From positions 248,001 to 312,000 of the forward strand of contig OZ025792.1 in assembly GCA_964019425.1 (NCBI GenBank): a DNA stretch of 64,000 nt, given 5' to 3'. Position 1 is the stretch's first letter; each line of letters begins with the position of its first letter. Below are positions 47,475 to 57,410 of this stretch, one piece after another. The position numbers were made by a program, and so were the translations under genes. The notes beneath the pieces are model-generated. The model did no database searches. It saw only the letters and a list, made by a program, of their open reading frames with translations, and was not told the origin of the DNA. The DNA is from Flectonema sp. DT1601 (Eukaryota).

Positions 47475-48650
47475 TTAGACGTCAAGACTGATTCCCATCT
47501 CTCTCGCTAGTATAGAGACACCGTCATCACAATCTCCATCATATTCAACGTCTCTGTATCCAAAGTTATCGCAAGTTACAAGACCACTTCTCCGAGCTAC
47601 TTCAGAAGCTCCTTTTGTGATTAGCAAACGAGGACAAGATTTATTTGAGAAAGCTTGAAGAGAACAGAACGGAGATACCTGCATCGAAGTGCCCATTATG
47701 ATTACTGCATCGCATGTTGGGAAATCATTCTCAGCAGTAGACAGTACAACATTGGGTATCTCTTCATGAAAAAAGACAATATCAGGTTTGACAAGTCCTG
47801 AGATGTTCCCTAAATTACTGAGAGGTTCCTTACCGATGTCCTTATCGTCAATCATTATGTCTTCACTACTAACACGACAGATGTCACAGAGTGGGATTTT
47901 GTTATCGTCGATGTGTTTTTTAACATATTCTGAGGGATACTTTTTCTTACAAGTAACACAACGAGCTGAATGCATTGTTCCGTGAGCTTCAATCAGTAAG
48001 TCAGGTGATATGCCAACTTGTCTCTCAAGGGAATCAATATTCTGAGTGTATACACGTCGAAGTTTCTTCGAGTCTTGAAGTGCTTTCATAAAGCGGTGAA
48101 CGGGAGTGGGTTGGTATCTTCCAGGCCAGAGTTCTTCTGCGAATTTAAAAAACGGATTAGGTTTTTTTTTAAAAAAATCTAAGTCGAACATTGCCTCAGG
48201 TCTAGGCAAGTGATACTTCTCTAACTGCGAGTACAGACCAGAACCTGGCGTTCTGAAATCTGGAATACCAGCACTTACACTTATCCCTGCACCAACCATA
48301 CACACAATGTTATGACAGTTACGAAGGTGTTGTCCAAAAGATTTTATTGTTAAATGAGAGAGATGCCGTTTTCTTTTCATCATGTGTGCCTCATCTAAGA
48401 TTCGGTTTGCCATTTCTTTCCGTACGGGTATTTCATCGACTCCGGTTGGAACTACTTTTCCAAAGATCAGCCTTACAGCACTGGCTGGTATACTTACATA
48501 GTCATCCATTGTTAAGATCCCTGCCTGCCTTGAAAACGATTCTTCAGAGTCGTAGTTAGATTCTTCTACAGTTGATTCCACGGTGTTAATCTTCTTATCA
48601 TCTGCTATACTACTACCACTGCTACTGCTACTGCTAGAGGAGGGAGGCAT
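47475..48650 (-). CDS. SIR2: NAD-dependent deacylase, class I sirtuin (SIRT2/3-like), paralog 1
   Basis: GAGISVSAGIPDFR, YTQNIDSLE, EAHG, two CxxC pairs, KPDIVFF, GTSMQVSPF. Confidence 0.92.
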   Translation of the reverse strand: MPPSSSSSSSSGSSIADDKKINTVESTVEESNYDSEESFSRQAGILTMDDYVSIPASAVRLIFGKVVPTGVDEIPVRKEMANRILDEAHMMKRKRHLSHLTIKSFGQHLRNCHNIVCMVGAGISVSAGIPDFRTPGSGLYSQLEKYHLPRPEAMFDLDFFKKKPNPFFKFAEELWPGRYQPTPVHRFMKALQDSKKLRRVYTQNIDSLERQVGISPDLLIEAHGTMHSARCVTCKKKYPSEYVKKHIDDNKIPLCDICRVSSEDIMIDDKDIGKEPLSNLGNISGLVKPDIVFFHEEIPNVVLSTAENDFPTCDAVIIMGTSMQVSPFCSLQAFSNKSCPRLLITKGASEVARRSGLVTCDNFGYRDVEYDGDCDDGVSILAREMGISLDV

Positions 48651-48933
48651 CACTGGAAAATGAAACGGGAAATTAATTATTAATGATAAATCATAATAAT
48701 AAAAGTTATATCACAATAAAGAACCTCCACGTGAGAGGATCAAACCACTTCAGTCTGTTTTGGCAGACCGCGACAAAAGGCTAGGGAGTAACTGACACCG
48801 TCTCTGGCTGTAGATGACTAGAGAATTAAAATTTAAAAAAAATTGAAAAATAAGGTCAAGGCAGACCGCACGAAATGCTGTAATTACAGCACTCACTAGT
48901 TATAAATGGAGGGACAGAGACAGAGTCAGGATC

Positions 48934-49978
48934 CTACTCAGACTTCTCTTCGTTGTTTTTCCGAGACTTTGGTGCTTCTGCGATTTCAATTCTGTTTTAG
49001 TTTTTTTTTCTCTTTTTTTTTTTCCAATAAGTTTGAAGTGGTTTTCACATACTCCATTAAGTCAGCAAGTCGAGTGACTGCTTTGTCGCAATCGCAATCA
49101 AAAACAACATCCTCGTCTCGGGATAGACCTGCACGCGCTGCAACTTCTTCAGCACCGATGGTAACAATCATTCTAGGGACATCCTTTTCAGTTAATGTCT
49201 GAAGGATATTAAACGGAGAGACTGCCAAAGACGTTCCCAATATTATTAACGCGTCAGCGTTTTTAAAGTCGTGGCTTGCAGATGAGAAAACGTTACCAGG
49301 AAGACTTTCATGAAAGAAAACAATATCTGGTTTAACAAGACCTTTTATGTTGGGTAATTCACCAACTGGGGTTGAACCGTTTGTCTCATCGTCTATAAGC
49401 AATGGATCAGTTAGAGTGTAGCAATCTGAGCAGACTGGTATCTTATTGTTTGACATTGATTCTTGAACGAAAGATGGCTCAAATCTTTTATTGCAGTCTA
49501 CACAATGAGCAGCCATCATGTTACCGTGAGCTTCGATAAGTTCCTTTTCTGGAATCCCTGCTTCCCTTTCTAAGCTGTCAATGTTTTGTGAATAAATTCT
49601 CGTCAACTTTCCCGAATCAGACAAAGCCTTTAGAAACATATGAGTTTTCGTAGGCTTATGATTTCCTGGCCACAATTCCTTTGCGAATCGGTAAAACGGA
49701 TGAGGCTTTTTTCGGAAATACATCAAGTCAAAGATTGACTCAGGGGTTGGTAGGTTATACTTTTCAAGTTGCGAGTACAGACCGGTTCCAGGGGTTCTGA
49801 AATCTGGAATACCAGCGCTGACACTTATCCCTGCACCAACCATAACTGTTATATTTTTACAAGTTTTTAAATTGTTACCAAAGTCTTCGATGGTTGGCTT
49901 TGGCTTAGCCTCTTCCTCATCTACGCTAAGCTGCTTTAGGTTTGTTGCTAAGGTATCAACTTCTGTTGGTTTCGACAT
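48934..49978 (-). CDS. SIR2: NAD-dependent deacylase, class I sirtuin (SIRT2/3-like), paralog 2, 2 exons, ~327 aa
   Basis: Exons 49978-49053 and 48991-48934 (61-nt intron). Motifs GAGISVSAGIPDFR, YSQNIDSLE, EAHG, two CxxC pairs, KPDIVFF, GTSLAVSPF. Confidence 0.92.
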
Positions 49979-50760
49979 GTTGTAAAGAATTCTAACACGA
50001 GAAAATACTATGTCAACAAGAACTATCACGAAGTACACATAAATAATGGTTTATAAGTTTGCTGCTTGCCACTTAGCATTTTCATTCGAGTAAACGTCGG
50101 TGAAGAATTGATCCCGAGGAGGCTTACCGTTTTGAACAAAACTTATATTACTATAAATAAATGTAAAACGTTTTCCGTAATTTATGAGACAGTTGAGAAA
50201 TACGACAGAGTGCAGGCTTTCACCTGACTTAGGTATGTGCTTCAAAGTAGTAATACAATTTGATTACTGTGTGCTTACTATTGCACGACTTGATAATAAT
50301 TTTCAACAAGTTTTGTGAGTTATGCAAAAATTTTCTTTTTTTTTTTTTTAAACCAAGATGATTCGATTCGAAGGCACCTATGCTTACACTCACAAGAGAT
50401 GAAGTTGCTCTTTATCTCCCCACTGTCGGTGTAAACAAAATGTGGCTTTTTTGTGAAAAAGAAAACGGCTACTGTTACCGTTATATATTAAAAAAACAAA
50501 AATACAAAACAGCGAAATGCTAAAATTATTTTGTCTTTTTTTTTCCAGGCCTACCTTTTCACAAGGTTTGTGCTAATCAAGAAAAAAACCCCTTTTGAGC
50601 AACTATTTGGTAGCATAGCCAATAAAACATAGATGAATAGTAATTAAAGCAGAAACGGCGTTTGTATTGTATCAGATTTTCAAAAAAAGAGCTAATGCGC
50701 GGAATCGAACTAAATAGGAAGATCAACAGCCTCAGGTCTCAACTATTTCAATCAAGGCCT

Positions 50761-50820
50761 TGCTAAAAGGGACAGGTTAAGCCTATCTATGCCATGTGCT
50801 AAAAGGGACATGTTAAGCCT
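50761..50820. repeat. 24-nt direct repeat, two copies, one mismatch, 36-nt period
   Basis: TGCTAAAAGGGACAGGTTAAGCCT at 50761-50784 and TGCTAAAAGGGACATGTTAAGCCT at 50797-50820. Confidence 0.8.
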
Positions 50821-51169
50821 GTGGTTTACATCTTCGCAGTCACAAAAAGAAACATTATACCGAAAAAAAAATAAAACCAAAAAAAAACTGGAAAACGGAA
50901 TCAGCGCTAATCGACATATAAATCTATTGTTGCAGGTCATGTTGCTACTGATTGTAACACTGAACCTTTCTCTCTGGTCACTACCAAAGGATTCTATCAC
51001 AAAGAGAATTTGAGAAACCCTCACAAACCCCAAATAAGAGCTTCTTCTTATGCAATTCAATGCTGCCCCCCATCGAAACGTGAAATTAATTAATTGATTA
51101 CTGCGTTCAGTAGGACACTAGAGGCACTGTTTTCGCAAATCTCTCCGCGGGTTATTTACTTGATTAGCT

Positions 51170-53758
51170 TTATTCTGGTAAGTGATAAAGCGTTTGAAAT
51201 ATGTGGCTTCCGGAACGAGGGAGAGGTGGGTCGTGGAGTTCTGGAATTGCTCCAAATTTATACTTTTGTTGACATTCCCACTTCCAGCTGCCGTATTGCT
51301 GAGTAGCAGACAACATTTGAAGAAGCATCGCACCACCAGGAGGAATGGTATCAGTAGTACGAAATGATCCTCTCAGAGATATCAGACCATGACTGTTTGA
51401 ACAATCAACAGTTACAAGAAGAGTCTGTCTCGTCCTATTCTCAGCCATGAACCACAAAGCACAACCATTAGCTACGTACATAATTCTGGTTCCAGGAAAG
51501 GGTCGGCTAACCGAAACTTTTTTATTCTGTGGTATCGATCTGTGCACTGCAACTAAATACGGATGCATCCCCGTACTCTCAACAATCTTAAGCTGAATAT
51601 CCTTACTACTCCAAGCTGCTAACGTAAAGGGTAAATCGTTAGTCTGATTTAACATTGAACAGAGGAATATGACATATTTACCAGGTCGTAATATTCCTTC
51701 ACAAGTTGCTATCCTTTGGATTGATGGGTACATGGTTGTTTCAGGTTTTAAGAATTCAGGATTAAGAGGGTCAGATGTCTCCTTCGAAACTTTCATAACA
51801 AACGCACAAGTGTCTTTGTACTCGTAAGAATCTTCTGCACCACGTATGTCACGTTGGATAATAGATAAAAATAACCAAGTAGGAGAAGTTATTGTGACTA
51901 CTATAGGTTTACTGAAGCATGCTACGGTTGAACCAGGAACTGATTTCTTTGAGAACATTCCAGAAGTTGATATCGATTTCCAATCTTGTAAAGCTTTACA
52001 AACATCAACACACACAAAATAATTAATAAAGTCTGGATAAGTCATCCAAAAAGTACCATCATTCGTATGTGGAGAGTTAAGTTGAACTCTAGTTTCTGGG
52101 GTCCATAAATTTGATGTTGGTCCCCAGTCACCTTTCCAGCTTTCAGTTCCCCAAGGATTTCGTAGTTTAATCATTCTGATCCCCAATTCATTAGTCACAT
52201 TGAGAACTGTGTAACAATGTCTTGCAACTAAACCCATTGAACGGTAAGCGTCCTTGTCACAGCCACGTTTTCCACATGATGCCGACATTAAACAGCCTGA
52301 AGAGAAGCAAGAATATATATCAGTCCAGGCCACATCATAGTCTACGCCAGAACCATCTATTTGAACAGTGCTGCAAGGGACACCAGTTAAGTCAGTTAAG
52401 GCATCCTTTGCATTTCCATAACAAATTGACCTGTAGTTTCCATTTATTTTAGCATAGGCTTTTTCAACAAGACTTGGCCACAACTGATTATTCTTTCCAG
52501 CAGCGAATGCCATATTTCCACGATCTGTACTCGGAAGATGATCATCAACTAATACGGGTGTCCATTTACCGTTGTGCCAAAATCTGAGAGCGTAGACGCC
52601 AGCTGGTGATAATTGATTGCTTATAAATACTCTTTGGATTAATTCTGGTCTCGTACACACAACAGCTAAGGCACTGAGAAAAGAACAATTCCCTAACTCA
52701 CCTTGTTGAATAGAATCAGGTGAGAATATTAAAGCTCCCGGTTTCCTTGGATCGGGAGTGGCTAGTGTCCAAGGTTGGCTATAGCCACTCTTGTTAAAAC
52801 GATTTCCTTTTAAAGCGTAGAATCGTTTCCAATCGAACACGCGACCGGAATCTGAAGGTCCAAGTGATCCGATTTCTTCACCATAAAGAGATCTTATATT
52901 CGGGGGGAAAGTTTCGTCTACAAACTTAGTCCCTTTTCTCTTATGATCATCTTCTATTTCTTGAAGCCTTGCTAACCATTGAGATGTTTGAGAATCAAGA
53001 TTAAACTCTTTAGCATGTTCATCAAGTGGATTCTTTATTTTAATAGCTTTACCTGGATTACTGTAACGAATTAAACCACAAACTTCACATTCCTTCCAAT
53101 CTTTTAATGAATGAATAAAAGTACATCTAGCGCACGCCATTATGTCAGAGTTTGTTCGGCTGTTCACACTTTTATGTTCCATTGCTTTCCTAACTGAACT
53201 TTGAGCCCCATTAAGTTGTTGTGCGCTCGAGTTAGCTAATCGGCTTCGTGGAGAGGTGCAGACTTCACACTGAGAAACGTGACTGGGGTTCTCCAGAGTA
53301 CATTTTATACAATTCCATGGCTGTGGTTTATTCAATGCCCCACAAAGCTTACAATGAGAACACGTCCCCGTATTTGAAAACGCGCAAGTGCCACACACCC
53401 AAGGTTGCTTCTGCGCACTCGACCAACTACCAGTTGCCTGACTATTTCCATTAGTACTTCCTGACGGTGATGACGGAGTTGGTGATGGTGATGGTGATGG
53501 CGAAGGTGGAATTGGTGATACAGCCTGTGGTGCAATCCTTTTTAAATTGGGCTGCGCTGCTACAGGTAGAGTCCAGTGAGATGTTCGAGTCGCTTCATTG
53601 ACGTAGTACCACCTCCCTGTCTTCCTATCGAATAGCTGAACCCAACCTTGAGGAAGAGAACTTACCTTTCCAACTGGAGAAGGTTTACCACAAACACCAC
53701 AACTCTGTACTCCAGCCGCATTGTGAAGAGTGCAGTCTGTACAGGTCCATCCCGACAT
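51170..53758 (-). CDS. CAPN15: SOL/calpain-15-like cysteine protease with RanBP2-type zinc fingers and a WW domain
   Basis: WxCxxCTxxN...CxxC fingers (about 4) and WW (LPQGW...WYYVN...SHWTLP). CysPc triad QGELGNCSFL / HCYTV / RNPWG. SOL-homology-like C-terminus (DCSNSHGLISLRGSFRTTDTIPP). Confidence 0.88.
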   Translation of the reverse strand: MSGWTCTDCTLHNAAGVQSCGVCGKPSPVGKVSSLPQGWVQLFDRKTGRWYYVNEATRTSHWTLPVAAQPNLKRIAPQAVSPIPPSPSPSPSPTPSSPSGSTNGNSQATGSWSSAQKQPWVCGTCAFSNTGTCSHCKLCGALNKPQPWNCIKCTLENPSHVSQCEVCTSPRSRLANSSAQQLNGAQSSVRKAMEHKSVNSRTNSDIMACARCTFIHSLKDWKECEVCGLIRYSNPGKAIKIKNPLDEHAKEFNLDSQTSQWLARLQEIEDDHKRKGTKFVDETFPPNIRSLYGEEIGSLGPSDSGRVFDWKRFYALKGNRFNKSGYSQPWTLATPDPRKPGALIFSPDSIQQGELGNCSFLSALAVVCTRPELIQRVFISNQLSPAGVYALRFWHNGKWTPVLVDDHLPSTDRGNMAFAAGKNNQLWPSLVEKAYAKINGNYRSICYGNAKDALTDLTGVPCSTVQIDGSGVDYDVAWTDIYSCFSSGCLMSASCGKRGCDKDAYRSMGLVARHCYTVLNVTNELGIRMIKLRNPWGTESWKGDWGPTSNLWTPETRVQLNSPHTNDGTFWMTYPDFINYFVCVDVCKALQDWKSISTSGMFSKKSVPGSTVACFSKPIVVTITSPTWLFLSIIQRDIRGAEDSYEYKDTCAFVMKVSKETSDPLNPEFLKPETTMYPSIQRIATCEGILRPGKYVIFLCSMLNQTNDLPFTLAAWSSKDIQLKIVESTGMHPYLVAVHRSIPQNKKVSVSRPFPGTRIMYVANGCALWFMAENRTRQTLLVTVDCSNSHGLISLRGSFRTTDTIPPGGAMLLQMLSATQQYGSWKWECQQKYKFGAIPELHDPPLPRSGSHIFQTLYHLPE

Positions 53759-54159
53759 TGGTTATCGGGATTCTGTTATAGGAATAATAATATCAAGTAA
53801 AGTATGCTAAGCTAACGTCGTCAGTTACAAGTAAGAATCTCACCACAGTAGGACCCCAGAGCATATAATTGTTTCTGCGATATGAAATAATATCCAATGT
53901 AAATACTAAAGCCAATCAGTTTTGATTCTGCCTTTTTTTGCCGACAGTGATTTGATACGAAATTTTTATAGCAAGTTGATATTAAAGAGGAGGGCGGAAT
54001 CGCTCTTTTTTTTTTTTTTTTCTTTTTTTCTTCTTCTTTTAAAGTTAAACGAAACAAAGGACAAGAATACTACACAACCAAAGTTGCAAGAAAACCATCA
54101 ACACTTGTTTACTAAACGTAACTGAAAACCTACTCTACAGGAGCTCTCCTTATTCAGTC

Positions 54160-56037
54160 CTACGAACGCTTTTTCACGACCTTCTTTGTCTTTGCTCGCT
54201 TTACTGCTGCTCCGTTAGTTGCAGGTGCTTTCGACTTCTTTTTTGTCCCCTTTTTCGATAATGCTGACTTCTCAACTACGTCATCTTTCTGTGAATCAGC
54301 AATACTCATGATACCAACGTTGGCAGATCGACGAGCGCGAACAGAAGAAGCGAGTTCAGCAGCTTCTTTCTGCTCCTCCAAGTCAGCATCCGTCAATGAA
54401 AACGCCGGCACTGATTGCAATAAGTGATCTACAATAGATGGTGAGATACCAAGTGAACAAAGAGAAACGATAGCAGACTCTCTAGAAGTAGCTTCTGAGA
54501 GGCAAGCACAGGCTGCTTGAATTGATAGATTCCGAACCTCGTCATCACAAGTAAGTAGATTTTGAATGACATGAGTTGCATCAAATGTTTGAACAGGAAG
54601 ACGGTAGTCAAGACTGTTGAACTTGTCTTCGATGTCAGAAACGAATTCTGATAAGTTGTCTCTCATTTCATGTGGGAGAAGTAAAACAGATGTTCCTGCG
54701 CATCCCATTCTACCTGTTCTTCCAATTCGATGAGTGTACGTACGGCTATCATTTGGTGGTTGAAAGTGAAGAACATAATCAACTTCACGTACATCAATAC
54801 CAAAAGCACACTCATCAGTAGATAACAAAACACCTCTCGGATCAGCTAAAAAGTTCACAAACCTCTCCGTCCGTTCCTTCTCAGGAATATCCGGGTGCAG
54901 TTTATATGTCTGCAATTTCCACAATAATCCTAATTTCTCCTCCTGTTCACTTACAATGTCAATAAGTTTAGAAACGTATTCCAGTGTAGGAGCATTATTA
55001 AAGAATATAAAATGTTTTTTCTTTGGATGCTTACCCAACAAGTGAATCAACGTTGATAGGCATCTCGCAGCCGGAACCCAAACGTGAGTGTTTCGAAGAT
55101 TAATTAACGTACTCGCCTTGTCATAAATCGAGTATATTTTACCATCGTGTGATTCTTCATTATCGACGATGTCTGGTCCAAGTACGACGATGTCGTTATC
55201 GTCTCTTTCGAGGTTGGAAGTAATTGATTCTTTCTTTACCTTATTAGGAACAGGGTTGTCTTCCAGACGTTGTTCTTTTATGAATTTTTGAACAGCTGGT
55301 GTTGACCTAACAGTTGCTCCAAACAACCCAAATTGCCGACCTTTCCAAGGTAAGATATTTGTATTAAGAAGTTTATCACAGATAGTAGACTGTTGGTCAA
55401 GTATAACGTCAGCCTCATCAATTACAATTAGCAGATTGTCACTGAATGTAAAATTTATTGTTTTCGCCTTTAACATATCTAGTACGGCACCTGGTGTCCC
55501 GACTACTACTCGACCACCTGATGGGGGTAGGCGGTTAAACTTCGTCGTGTCTTCTTTTATATTTGTTTTTGTGTTTCCTGAGTCACCCCACAAAACAGTT
55601 TTAACATTATAGTCAGCACCACTAACAAGTTGTCTGCACACTAAGAATGTTTGTCTGGTTAGTGTACGTGACGGAGACAGCACAATAGCTGAAATCTCAC
55701 TAGAGCGGATTGGCTCTCCAGTTTTTTCAAGTTTTTTCTTATTCCGAGAGAGGATTCGATGGAGAACAGGTATCAAGAAACCTAGAGTCTTACCACTACC
55801 CGTTGATGCTTCCACTACTACTGATGTCCTTCTACAGAAAACTGGAATAGTGGTCTTCTGAATATTCGTAGCATGAGTAAAGTACAACAAATCTCTTAAT
55901 GTCTTCTTAATACAAGAATCTAAATGAGGACGTAACGTGTCCCAAACTTCTGTAAGAACTGAATCATCGGCAGTCTTATCAGACGGTTCTAATGTCTTCG
56001 GCACTCGAAGGACGTTAACATTCCCTCGCAGTGTCAT
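54160..56037 (-). CDS. DEAD-box RNA helicase, closest in motif pattern to DDX55/Spb4
   Basis: IQKTTIP, VEASTGSGKT, SPSRTL, GTPG, DEAD, GLFGAT, HRIGRTGRMG, and a Lys-rich tail. Start taken at ATG 56037. Confidence 0.88.
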   Translation of the reverse strand: MTLRGNVNVLRVPKTLEPSDKTADDSVLTEVWDTLRPHLDSCIKKTLRDLLYFTHATNIQKTTIPVFCRRTSVVVEASTGSGKTLGFLIPVLHRILSRNKKKLEKTGEPIRSSEISAIVLSPSRTLTRQTFLVCRQLVSGADYNVKTVLWGDSGNTKTNIKEDTTKFNRLPPSGGRVVVGTPGAVLDMLKAKTINFTFSDNLLIVIDEADVILDQQSTICDKLLNTNILPWKGRQFGLFGATVRSTPAVQKFIKEQRLEDNPVPNKVKKESITSNLERDDNDIVVLGPDIVDNEESHDGKIYSIYDKASTLINLRNTHVWVPAARCLSTLIHLLGKHPKKKHFIFFNNAPTLEYVSKLIDIVSEQEEKLGLLWKLQTYKLHPDIPEKERTERFVNFLADPRGVLLSTDECAFGIDVREVDYVLHFQPPNDSRTYTHRIGRTGRMGCAGTSVLLLPHEMRDNLSEFVSDIEDKFNSLDYRLPVQTFDATHVIQNLLTCDDEVRNLSIQAACACLSEATSRESAIVSLCSLGISPSIVDHLLQSVPAFSLTDADLEEQKEAAELASSVRARRSANVGIMSIADSQKDDVVEKSALSKKGTKKKSKAPATNGAAVKRAKTKKVVKKRS

Positions 56038-57410
56038 TTTTTGATTTGGATATCTTAACAAGAATGATATTAATGTTATTTTTGGAAAGGAAAGGTTCGT
56101 AGCCAAGCAACTTATTGATATCGCACCCAATCAGGCATTTGATGGAACTTGATAATGAAGTTAATCAAATCACTACCATTACAGCTTGTTTATACTATTT
56201 TATTATTTTTGATATAACCTGTAGAATAGACTTAACGGTAACGTGTGAACAATGTAAGACTAAAATAGAGAGAGGGGGGAATTGGGGAAAAACAGTTACC
56301 TTCGAACAGCAAACGTATCAGGTCATGCAAAAAAAAACTGCTGATCTATACATTGCGGGGAGTAAATAAAAAGAATTTTACATAATATTCTTAGGGTAAG
56401 CGAGAAAGAGAGTACACTTTAACCAGTAAATCTGAAAGAAAATGCTCGATTTTGGTAGCATGTGAGACTCAGTAATATCTGAGTAAACAGAGAGGAAGTT
56501 AAATTAAAGACGGGGGTATTTTGGAATATTTTGAGAAAGCGGTCGTCAATAAAGGTTTCAACGCGCTGCTTTGGCTGCAACGTTTACAAACGTGAAATAG
56601 GATAGTTATGTCGCGGAATGCACAGAAAAAAAATCATCCCAGGGCTAGAAAAAAGTATGTTCTATATATTGCATATTTAACTGACGCATCTGGGATGATT
56701 TCATTTTTTTTTTTTTTTTTTGGTGTGTTTTATTATTTATTCCTATTCAAGTTATTTCCTCGTAGATTTCTTTTTTCCTTCCTCCTCTCCCCATCATTTT
56801 TGTTGCAGCAGAAACTGTCGTAATATCCGACTTTCTTGCAGAGGAGTAAAAATGATTTGGGAAAGGAAAGATAAAACAAGAAACTGCTTTTAAAAAACCA
56901 TTAGCACAGATACTAACTTGGTAATTCTATTTCCTCCACGAGAGTAACACATAATACCCGGCCTGCGGTTACTAAGCAGCCGATGATTTGCATCGCACAA
57001 AGCAGGACGCTTGCTGAACAAATGCACCGAAAAAAAGCATAGGACGAGGCTCGGGAAATACCCGCGAAGTTATTTTAGGCAGAGAGAAAACAGTGCAAAA
57101 AAAATCATAAAAAAACATGTAGAAAAATAGACTCATAATCTCTGCAGTTGCGGACTACAGAAATTCAGGCGATTAGTCTTTTAAGGAAAGGGGATAAGGA
57201 CAAAAACGATCGTTCAAGGACAATCAGTGTAACCCGTAGTAAAGAGTCAACCATTTGTAAGGTTTGCGTCTAAAGTGAGCATTGCTTTAACACGTGGCCG
57301 GCTCCGACTACGGACTACATCGGAATAAAATTAGAACAAAGATGGAAAATATTACTTCTGGTTTTACAAACCTGATGCCCTGAGCTAATTAATATTAAGG
57401 CTCATTTAGG

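Noticed and set aside
48876..48891. Perfect 16-bp palindrome TGCTGTAATTACAGCA
   Set aside because: About one palindrome with 8-bp arms is expected by chance in 64 kb.
50761..50820. Direct repeat as a possible CRISPR remnant
   Set aside because: Only two copies, a 12-nt spacer, eukaryotic context and no cas genes.
55300..55330. DEAD-box motif III reads GAT instead of SAT
   Set aside because: A single substitution in an otherwise generally divergent helicase, not enough to claim altered function.
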